Assembly: GCA_002633005.1 (NCBI GenBank)
Contig: NMRA01000401.1
Coordinates: 145,827 to 209,826 of the forward strand
Direction: 5' to 3'
Source of the DNA: Phoronis australis
Lineage: Eukaryota; Animalia; Phoronida
DNA: 64,000 bases
Both the position numbers and the translations under genes were made by a program. Below are positions 40,701 to 52,700 of this stretch, piece by piece. A model generated the notes under the pieces. It was not told the origin of the DNA, made no database searches, and saw nothing but the letters and a program-made list of their open reading frames with translations. The stretch's first letter is position 1, and the number at the start of each line of letters is the position of its first letter.

Positions 40701-43700
40701 CTTTTGCAATCCCTGTAACAGCACAAAAAGAAAATATTATAAAGAATACATTCTCTTAACAGTTTTTCTATATTCAACACACTTTGATGAATTTTGCCAA
40801 TCTGCACAAAGAAGTGCTTTTTCTGTTTTATTTCATTAGAATATCAAGTTCACTTAATGTACGTCAAATATTCTTGATGTTTATTTTACATAAAATGGTT
40901 TCAAAAACACATAATTAAACATTTCAAAATTTAACTGACGAAGTTCAGACACCAAATTTCACTTTTTGAAATATTTATAGTAAAAACGTAAGATTCATCA
41001 TTTAAAATTACTATACCCTCCAAGTGATGAAACTAAATTCTAAATTGTTGAAAACAAAGAAAAGAGTATTAAAACTGTAGTTTTCCATTTTCCATAGCAA
41101 CACTTATTATTAAATTAGTTAAATCCACAAAACTGCTACCTACCTTTGATCTCACCCGCAAACGGGCTTGGCAAATAGGCGTCTAAGTTTCCAGCCAATT
41201 CTGTGATTGCAGGAACAAGCTCACTGGGTACCACTGATCTGAAACAACAAGTCTCAGTCAGGTCAGTTCACTTCTAGCCAGACAACTAGCCAATACTCGC
41301 CTCTTAAACAACAATTGATGCCTTCATAAGATCATTTTAACTAATCCATACATTTTTTAGGTTTTTGTACTTGAGTGTGTAGACTTATATACTGTGACAA
41401 GTAAAATAAAGTAAAAAACATAAATTACTATTACTTTAAGGGTTGGTTCACCAACTAATCAGACCACTGGCTGTATAAAGATTTGAAACAAAATATAGCT
41501 AGGAATCCAAGCGTATTAGTTTTATGTGGACCTTGAAACTTCCCACCCCCAGGGTAGATCTGTTTGTCATCTAGTAATAAAGCTTCTATCAACATGAACA
41601 GTTAACAACTAGATGGGTTAATACAAGATCTGTGAATCAACCAACACCTGATTACTTTGTGTACTAGCAAAATAGAAATAAGATATATTGGCTACAACAA
41701 CTTTCATTTGATAAATTATGAAGAGTAATGGGTTAAAAACTCCATTTTACATACATTCGCACAAAAACCTGATAATTCTGTACCCTTAAGTAATTATTAC
41801 AATGAAAAAGAAATTAAAGAAGTTTATTTTATCCCACACGCGTTGAACAAGGTGAGTGCAATACAGCCATGTGATAATGTTTTCCATATTTCCCTCCCAC
41901 ACTAGTTCAACAGTGACCTCTGGAATGGAAAGTTCTAACTAAAAGGTAGGTCAATGTCGACTTAACGTGGTTAGCTAGTTCCATCATCAACCTTTTCCAA
42001 AATAGATTAAAGTAATACAATTGCAGCAGTATAAATAACACTAAACATGCAATCAGGTCTCAAATGTAACATCTGAAAAAACTGTTAATTATATGACACT
42101 TCTGTCTCAGTTTTCAATTGCAAATTATATCATCTGCAACTCAGGCACCGATCTCTCGCTTACTAAAATATCAAATGTTGTTATTTAACTATTTTCAGGA
42201 AATGTTACAAGTTATATTCACAATTCTCATTGTTTACATCTTTGTTATCTCTTTTCAAAAAATAAATCGTACTTAAAACTGTTTCGTTTACTAGACAAAA
42301 TTTGCAAACCTAACGTGCAAGTACATACATATAGGATGTGATCCACTATGAGAACTGTCAAGATGAAGTATTTACAAAATCTGCCGGAAGAAACTTAGGA
42401 ATTTGAAGTGAATGGAATAAATACATAACGTCGATACGCAAAACAAAGTCTGGTGGGATATTACTTGATCTATGACACTTCTTTCACCCTACTAAGAAAT
42501 CTAAAAGAATATTTACAAATATGACTTTAAGACTGCAGTAGTCCAAACTGATAAATGCCCCCATTATGAGGACATAGACATCTCTTCATATGTTCTACTA
42601 CCGTAATTGCAGTGGTGGATTCAACGGGGGGGGGGGCTGCCCTAAAATTCTCCCGTATTCCATTAGGCACTTTGGGTTTGCGAATGTCTCACGGGCAAAA
42701 TCCTGGCTAATACTCTGATACTCTGACCTGGCCCTTCTAACTAAAAATCCTGGATCCGCCCCTGAATTGTGCCTGAGTAAGAACTTTCTGGGAATCGGTG
42801 CAAGCTCTTTTCAATAAAGCTTTCAATACACAGCACATATTTGCAACTTGGGATATCATAACTTTTTTCAAAATACCAACTCACATCACAATATACTCAA
42901 ACTTTTCTTCAACTACTTCGACAACAAAGGCGGAAAAACCTCCTCTTTTTAAATTTTAAACTTACGTTACATGCATTTATAAGCACTAGATTCTTTGATC
43001 CTTATATGTTGAATATAGCAATTTACTTATTATTTTATTGTCACTTAAAAGCTAGATCTGAGGCATCCACCCTTACAACAGTGTTTACATATTTACTGCC
43101 TGGGCAATAAATGTACTTAAAAACCTTGCATGGTCCTTACAGCCATTTTACAAAATCTAAAGGTTCCTTTTTACAGGTAGCTTTATTCATAAATTTTGCA
43201 TCAAATTGTATTTGGTCAGTTTTTTTACCCATATCATATTTGTACCAAGGCAAAATCCCATCAGGATATATGTCAGTGCGGGGCTCCCCAACGGTACACT
43301 CTGAGCTCCCATACTCTGAAGAAATTTTGATAAATAAAGCGTACCCACTCATTGAAGACCACTTTCCTTTCCTAAATAAGAAATGGGTTCTCAAATACTG
43401 GGATACTAGTATATACTACATTTTACTCGGAAGTGATCTGTTCCTGGTTTTATCCATAAAACAGTAAACCTGGAGTGCCAACTTTGAACTCACGCATCTG
43501 AGGTTGTGCCACACATTTGTGGGATTTTTTTGTTGCGGTGTTGGTTCTTGCTATGGAATATAAAGAGTAGATTAGAATGTTTGTTTTGTAGAAACAAGTA
43601 AGTTAACTGTAACCACCAAAAACATCTGAACAAATTTCATCTATAGTTTTGGAATATTTTGCAGACAAATGGCCCCAGACATTATCAAATGGAAGATCAT

Positions 43701-46700
43701 CTGCTTGTTGTTCCACTATTCAGGAAGCTAGCCGTGAGTACCACTGCCTGCCTACCAGGCATAATGTAAAGCCATCTAAAAGTGATACAATAATTTCCAA
43801 AGCTTAGAATTTCCCTAAAACATAACCACATGATCAAACACCACTAGAGTTCAACTACGATGCCAAAATCATGCCCCTTATACAAATTGCGACAGAAACC
43901 GCATACTTGGCAACTAGGAAAAATGTCATCTTCTTTACCGTCACTTTTTCAATCGAATTCAATGACAGTCAATCATTAGAAATCCCTTCACCAATTCTTG
44001 ATGGTGTAGGAATACACCAGAAGGAAAACATTAATAATGAAAGCGCTCCGAGGAGCGACACTTGGCGAAATCAATCGAAAAGATGACGATAAAGATGATG
44101 ACGAAGACGACGAGTATGACAACGATGGCGATGATGATGAACAATACAAGTAATGATAACATTCACATGACGAACGTAGAGGTCACAAATCTGTAACAAA
44201 TAGGCTACAGTCTTGAGCGACACTTGGCGAAATTAACTGACGAAAAGACGTCGGGGATGATGACGAAGATGACGAATATGATGATGGTGGTGACAATGAT
44301 GAACAACTTCACAACATTCATATGACGAACTTAGATGTCATAAATAAATAAGAAATAGGGTACAGTCTAGTTCAATAGAAGATAAACCAACATCAATGCA
44401 GCAAGAGCGCTCAACAAAGGAACAGCGCTATCAGACAATCTCAAATAACTCAAAAAGTAGACGTCTTAGAGAAAAATTGAAAACATCTTTTGAAAACTCG
44501 TTCAAAACTCTATCTAAATTGTTAGTATCTCACAATTCCATAAATTTTTCGAAAAAAATGAAATTTTGCATTTTTTTAAAGAAATTCAAAGTCAAATAAC
44601 TCGAAAACGGTAAGTCTGAGAAAAAAATTGTTACAAGTCATTTGAAAGGGTATACTTTAAAGAATCCACATGCAAAAATTCACGTCATTTTCTCTTCCTG
44701 TTTAAGATTGCACTCCAGCACGACTGAAAAGGGGTCAACATGCGCCAGATCCGCCATCTTGAAAGCAACTTCCCGTTTAATGGCTTTATACAATAGCCTG
44801 TCATAAAAAACTAATATCTGAAAAATTCGAAGGAATTGATCCTATAATGCGCCCTCTACGAGGTGCGCATGCGCGAGTGCCAATATTTCCGCCATCTTTA
44901 AACAGAAGTGAACAATTTCCAGTATAGATATAGAGCACATCCAGCCATTAATTATGCTGATTTTCAGCTCTGTACGTAAAAAATTGTAGCCTCCAGAAGC
45001 CTTTGAATCTTAAAATGAAAACAAAATGGCCACCACAGCCGCCATCTTGGATCCGATTATGACGAAAAACAATACGTTTGCAGTACTTTCAGAACTACGT
45101 GTTATGTGTACAGTTCGTGATGATCAGACGAAAATTGCGACCTGTATCGTGCGAACAAACAAAAAGAATGAAAGGAGCGAAACTTGGCGAAATTAACCAA
45201 ACAGATGACGATAAACATGATGACGAAGATGACGACGATGGTGGCGAAGATGAACAAAAGAAGTAATAATAACACACACATGACGAACAAAGAAGTCCGA
45301 AATCAGTTAGAAAAAGGCTACAGTCTTGAGCGACACTTGGCAAAATTAACGGAAAAGACAACGACGGAGATGATGACGATGATGACGAATATGATGATGG
45401 TGGTGGCGATGATGAACAACATTCATATGACGAACTTAGATGTCATAAATCAATAAGAAATAGGCTACAGTCTAGATCAATAGAAGATAAACCAACATCA
45501 ATGCAGCAAGAGCGCTCAACAAAGGAACAGCATTATCAGAAAATCTCAAATAACTCGAAAAGTAGACGTCCTAACGAAAAATGGAAAACATCTTCTGAAA
45601 GCCCGTTCAAAATTCTATCTAAACGGATGGTATCGGCTAATTCCGTAAATTTTTCAAAAAAATGAAATTTTGCGTTTTTTTAATCAAATAACTCGAAAAC
45701 GGTAAGTATGAGAAAAAAATTTTTAGATGCCATTTGAAAGAATATACTTCACAGAATCCACATGCAAAAAATCACGTCTTTTTCTCTTCCCGTTTAAAAT
45801 CGCACTCCAGCACGACTGAAAATGGGTCAACTTGAAAGCAACTTCCGGTTTTTTGGCTTTGTATAATAGCATGTCATAAGAAACTAATACCTGTAAAAAT
45901 TCGAAGGAATTGGTCTTTTAATGCGCCCTCTACAGGAGAAAACGTTTTTAGGCCAAAATCGAGGTGCGGATGCGCGATCGCCGATATTTCCGCCATCTTT
46001 AACCGGAAGTAAACAATTTCCGGTATACTTGTAGAAAACTTCCGGTCCATTTACTGTGCCGATTCTTAGCCTTTTACGTAAAAAATTGTAGCCTCCAGAA
46101 GCATTTGAACCTTTAAATGAAAACAAAATGGCCACCACAGCCGCCATCTTGGATCCGATTTTCACGAAAAACAATAGGCTTCCAGTACTTCCGGAAGTAC
46201 GTGTTATGTGTAAATTTCGTGATGATCGGACGAAAATTGCGACATGTATCGTGCGAACAACCAAAAAAAACAAACTTAGTGGAAGAGCAACATACTTGGT
46301 GAAATGTATTTCGCCAAGTATTTAACATTTTGCACACTTGAGCAGTTGGTTGACATCTCTGTGTAATAACTGTCCCCTCTCAATAGGCCATTGATTAATG
46401 GAACAGAAGTAACATGTACAGCTATTTGGTTGCTGACAACATCTTCAGAAAATTACACCATCTTGTGGCCCTTTGATAATTTCATCTCACTGCATGTCTA
46501 TTCCTCATTTATTGATTGTTGCTAATGACCAAAATGTGGGGAAGCTATTGAATGTTGGATATCAACCAACCTAACTCCAGCTCACTTGCTGTCTCTCCCT
46601 TTACATCAATTACCATTTGACCACCAGGTGGGGTGGCCATTGGTTGTTGAAAGTCAACCAACTCCAGCTTGCTGTCCCTCCCATTGAATCGTTTTACCAT

Positions 46701-49700
46701 TTGACCACTAGGTGGGGCACCCAAAAGTGCCTGACGGTGTCTTCTGTTTTTTTTTTAGACCGATGTGAAACTGTGAGTGCCACAAGAAACTATGAAACGA
46801 CCGATTTTTCTTGATAGACAAATGGCAAAGTAAAGTTATGTTGCATGAGAAATTACACTAGTAGTGTCAAAAAGCGGAACATTTTGACGGTGTGGCGAGA
46901 TGGCAAGCAAAGTTAAAAAGTAGGACAGGCAGTCAAGAGTGGGACAGTTGGCAAATACAATGTAGGCCTGTGGTAACACAAAGTATTGACATGACTATTC
47001 TTTTCTAAGGATAACTTTTCATTTTTTAATGTTATTTAAAGGGTATTGACAAATACTAAAGACACTACTACTTGCAAATCAAATAAATATTAAAACTGGG
47101 TAACAGGTAAACATAAGGTCAAATGAAATATTATCGAAACAACAGAACAAAGTAATAATACACACGCACGCACACACACACACTTAGGTAGGCAAATAAA
47201 TTATTGATGAGTAGTTTTTCAGAAGTCTCGTAAGAACACTTGTTATTCTAGGCTATAAACGTTTCACTTATACTTGTAGTTAACCAACATTCATAGACCT
47301 AATTCACGCCGACAGGAGGTGCATTCCAAGACGAGGCTCACTACGATAGCTCTGTTGGCTTAACGGCATACTGGCTGTATTCCACATTGCTTGAACAGCT
47401 AAAAAAATACGGACACTCAACTGTCTGTTTTACAATCCCTAAAGACGTTGAGATCCGAAAGCGCTGGGTCGTTGCCATATGCCGTGACGAAGGAAAATAT
47501 GTCCGTGTAAAATTTATAAATGTTTTGGAAAAGTTAGATCATATTTTGCCACATCTCAGCTGCTGAGGATCATAGCAACGACCGGAGAATCTTCGGCCAG
47601 CCAGGCTGTGTTTTCATGACTACAGATTGAAAGATGATGCATTTTTCTTTCCAAAAAAGACAGCGCCATCAATCCCTCGATTTTGGGGCCGAATATCGGC
47701 CCTATTCCCCTATCAAAAATATTGAAAAATCCCCCGAAATTCCCCCACGAGGCCTAAAAACACCCTTGTGATTGAAAATTTCTCTCTGAAGTTCAAATCA
47801 CCTCTAACCACACAGGTGACAATTTGAAAGAGCACAAAATGCTACTTGAGACAGAGCCTATGAGGGCTTGCACAGGGCAGGGGTGCTATAGATGATGATC
47901 GGAAAGGTAGATTTTTCCCCTCACTCGACGAAAAAAATTCCTCTCTCAGAAGGCACAGGCACCTTCCCCTCAGAAGAACGAGGTCCCTGAAGAAACATGA
48001 TAACTATGCTCGCTCTGTCCAGTTAACTGAAATTGATTAACAAATTAAACCAGAAGTGACTAATTGCACCTGACAGCAAAATGCATGAGCCATCACTGCC
48101 GAATATATCTTCAACTCATCAACAATACAAGTAGATGACCTGGTTTGTGTCAGGAAGCATTTTTATCAACAATTTAAAAGAAGAAACGTAACAACGCATT
48201 CAGCATAATACCTAATCCCTAAAACTACATCGCCGCAGTTTGGTCATATTTACTTTTCATGCTTCAAACCTAGCTTATACCTTTTCTTCAGACAACTCTT
48301 TGGTGCATTGACTTGTTCTCTAATGTATTTTTCTACGTCTCTGTGGTTAATTATCAACACATTTGTGAGATTTAATATCCAGGTTGGACTCGAAAGACCG
48401 TCCATTTAACTGAAGCAATATCAACTTCTGCTTTGTTTATCGCAGTGAGCCTCGCTTTGGATTTTAAAGTCCACTGCGTGACTTAGGTCTATACTGTAAC
48501 ATGAATTTTAACACATCTCGCTGAAAAAGTACTACCAATTCCATCTAGTTACAGGTTGTAGAAAGCAATTCTAAGACTGGAGATGAAATGATATTGGAGG
48601 CCAGACCATTCCCGGCATCCAGCCAGAACCATAGGTCCAGTGGTTCTGGCTGGATACCACAGGTCAGTGCAATCATGCAGACTGACCATTCAGTGTAACT
48701 GAGGGGTCTAACACTTTGCCGAGAAATCGCCGTAGATCAAGAATCTCGATTGATAATTCTATCATGAACAAAAAACAGACAAAATAAACTTGTAAATTAA
48801 CCAACCAATATCAGGCTTAATTTGAGTGACTAGATAACTTGATCAAAACCCAGTCGAGCAGTTAAGTGGAAATTCATAGTGCAAAATCTCACAGCCAATC
48901 TAGTGAAATCTCAGGGTCACAATATCTAACACAAGAATGCATGGGTCACCTACAGGAGTAACTGGCATTCTATGGAGACTTTAAGTTCTATGGAATAAAC
49001 AATAAACACCAATGCACAGAGCATCTGCAAGAAGAGAACATTAGGTCAAAAGAGGGTGCTACTTGAAACGGCAATTTGGACAAGTTTTGCTTATTAAATA
49101 CTAATTTTCATCACACATTCAGAAGTGGAATCATGCCAAAATAGTAACAAAGAACACTTGTTACATGAAATTTATTCTACAACGATGCTTGCTGGCACAA
49201 GTTTCCAGTTTTTCCATCTTTTCATTATAGCTTGCACATACTCAACACCAGTGCAGAACTCAAACACTTACATAACAGTATAAAGACACAAGACCACTCT
49301 CACCAGTTAGTTAGTAGTGATATGACCCATTTCCAATATGGCATTGCTGCTAATCTGCAATGCAGAATCCACAGTTCACAATTTCCCCTCTCACGCACAC
49401 CCCAGGAAATCAGAAAGCAGAACCACGTCCCATCGCTATCACAGTCCCATCGATATCACAATAGCAGCAGCACGCACTGTTATAAAAGTGTTTACCCACA
49501 AGCCATCAATAAATGGGACAAAAAGAAAGGGCCAAAGATCAGCGTTTACTTAGAGTAATAAATAGATAAATATAACAAGCAAAGCCATGCACACAATTGT
49601 TCTTCAGTCAAGCCAGGTTAGTTAATTTATCTTACATGAAAATGTCTAACTAAACAGAAAAGCTAGCAAGCCAGCTTTAATATTTAAACAACTATTTTGA

Positions 49701-52700
49701 CCTTATGGATAATTCTACAAAACTCTCTGCTCGGAAATACGAGTGACGGCATATCTGCACTCATATCCACAGAGTTGGTCAAAGTGTCGACGAAAAAATG
49801 CCACACATATGCTTGATGCGCATACATGTGATGTCAACTTTCCACTCATATTTTACTTTTTCCACTGGTGCTGCGCAGACCAGACTTAAAAATGTTTCCA
49901 ATGAGTATTTTCCATGCCGGTTCAAGATATACATATTCGCAATATTCGCAATAGCGTATTGACCTTATAGATAATTCTACAAAACTGTACTCTTACCAAA
50001 ACAAATGTTGCCTTTGTTAGTCAGAAGGATGAAATCATTTTCATCCTTAGATATAATAACACATTGCAGTGATCGACACAGGAGAAAATCTCTGCTCGGA
50101 AATACGAGTGACGGCATATTTGCACTCATATCCACAGAGTTGGTCAAAGTGTCAACGAAAAACAGACATATGCTTGATGCGCATGCAAGTGATGTCAATT
50201 TTCCACTCATATTTTACTTTTTCCACAGCGCCATATTTTCTTGAAAGTGTTTACTCGCTCATATCACATCCTGGTAGATGTAAGACAGATTCGTTTGAGT
50301 TCATCGCAAGTTCTGGAATCACCGGCAGTTATGACACGTTTAGAATTTTACTTTTCAAATGTGACTGCTCAGCGATTTCAAACGCATGGAATTCATAAAT
50401 CACAGGTATATGATAGCAAAACAATATGGGTAAATTTTCTGTTTTTGTCAACAGAATGTAAGTGTTTGAGCTCAAGGAAGGATCTCCGTAAAGCTCAAAT
50501 TTTGCAAACCTCAGAACATCACATTTGAGAAATGGCCGATTGGATTTATAGGAAACTTTCAGATACTATGCTTTAATGCACTATTTTCCAAAAAGCCGTT
50601 GGGAATTATTTTCAAAATTTTTTAACTTTTGAATGAGTGGCTATCAAAAATGGGATTTTTATGATGTGTATGAAAATATCAAAAGTTGCATAAAACAAAA
50701 ATGAAATTATTAGGAAACAGTAACAGAGCTTATGAGAATTCACCTGTTTTATATCAAACAAAATTTTGTCCAGTTATCGATACTGCCATTTGTTATGGGT
50801 GCATCTTCCTTTTTTAAAGTTAACTAAAAACACATGATCACCTGACCCATGTAATAGCAGACTGGTATGAAGCTAGAAATCAAATTCTATAGGCTTTCTA
50901 TACATTAAGAAGAAAATATATACTACAAATACCAAGTTGCTATTTTTAATTTTCTAGATATTTGCCTAAATACACAGACCTTCATAAACTCAACTAGCAG
51001 TTGGCCAAGATTCAGTCAGAGATGAGACCATTGAGACTACAGATTAGGGGACTGGGCAGCAACAATCAACAGATTGAGTCAGAGATGAGACAAATGGGAA
51101 TGCAGATTCAGAGACTGAGTCGCAACATTCAACAGATTCACTCAGAGATGAAGCAAATCAGCGTGCTGATTAACAGGCTGAGCTGCAACATTCAACAGAT
51201 TCAGTCAGAGATGAGAGAAATGAGACTGCAGGTGGAAAGGCTGAGCTGCAACACTCAACCACGCCAAGATGAGATGGACAGAGATTTACATGGGGAAAAT
51301 AATGTGTCTTGTTACAGCGAGGCACGCTATACAGGTAAATAACGAAGAGATTTTAAGCTCAACATAAAAGTACTTATCAGTTGCATTATCAAGCATGTTT
51401 TCCAAAAGCATCATGAGTAATAAATCATCTTGCTACATTTAGAATGTAAATAAAGGAGTGAACACTACCTATAATTTAACTTTTGCATTGCAGGGGCTAT
51501 TCTAGGGTACAGTGAAGAAAGCCGACTTGTGGCCGAAGAAACAGGGTCGGATCATCAGTAGCAGTCAATTTTTCATTTATCAAAGATAGATGATTACTGC
51601 AAATACCGTAATGGAAAATTTACCAAAAGTTGTTTTATGACATCACCATAGTACACACTATGGTAGTAACACACTAAACAATTTTTAATCTTTATTTCTA
51701 CGGAGAAATCTGAAAAAATGAAATTCCACTTCTCGGCCATATTGTGTGCGAAATAAGTGAAGAATTACCCCAACACAAAATAGCCCCGTCTACTCAACAT
51801 GAAGCAAGGCTGAGTACGTGAACAATTATGGATGAGAAGGTCAACAGGAGGAGCCAATGAACTGTAGTGTAATCTTGACTAAACGAAAACTCTGGTGACC
51901 AACTACCGTTACTGCTTAATGAATGTAATGGAAAATTTCTGTAAAATGTTTTTGGTTGCTTAAACCAATAAGCAACACTACTGAAACGTACCAGTGAATG
52001 CATCCCAAATTGTATGCTTCTAGGGGTGTTCTTTAGTATCAAAGGAAGATGTCACTGAGACTGTTTACACTTTTGTTCTAAATGCAATCGAAAAGTGAAC
52101 TGTACAAGGTGTTACCAATCTAAATGTAAAGTCCATTGCTTTGCTTTGTTTGCTTGTATATTACCTAGTTTCATAAAGTCCCAGCGGTGGCACTGTTACT
52201 ATAAGGATTCCTTTTGTTGTCGCTCAGTGACTTCTAACTTGTTAGTTGAATTCAAGATTATTGTATATAAGAATATAAGACACAAGTTCACACAGTGAAA
52301 GAGTAGAATCAAGTGACATATACATAACACTCAAATTGCACACCAAACATTAACCTGCATGTGTCAAAATTGCGATCGCGTGAACAGATTTATCATTTGA
52401 GTTCAGGATTAGAAGGTAACAGAATTGCTGTTTTGTAGGTACATGAATGTTCTATGAATGTGTTTTGAATGATATATATGCATGCTTATGAATAAAGAAG
52501 TTTGATGGCTCCAACACCAAACATTGCATCAAATATAACCTATAAAATGACAACGATTTGATCTTTGAAAAGCTCATATTAGTGGCAGACGGACGCTTTG
52601 AACGACGTTTTACCCCTAACTACTACACACTGGACACTGGACTGCATTTTGGCTCAATCGATTAAGCTGTTTGAATATAGATTATGCTGATAGCACAAAT

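Noticed and set aside
43137-43394. 85-aa minus-strand ORF in NAAA intron 1
   Set aside because: No recognisable family, an upstream in-frame stop, and NAAA exons 1 and 2 join in phase without it.
45078-45456. Acidic or Met/Thr-rich ORFs
   Set aside because: They are products of GAT/GAC microsatellites within the 1.1-kb repeat, and frames are not preserved between the two units.
50455-50457. 3-nt microexon (CAG|AAT|GTAAGT) upstream of the coiled-coil exon
   Set aside because: The implied upstream intron would be only 49 nt and there is no supporting evidence.
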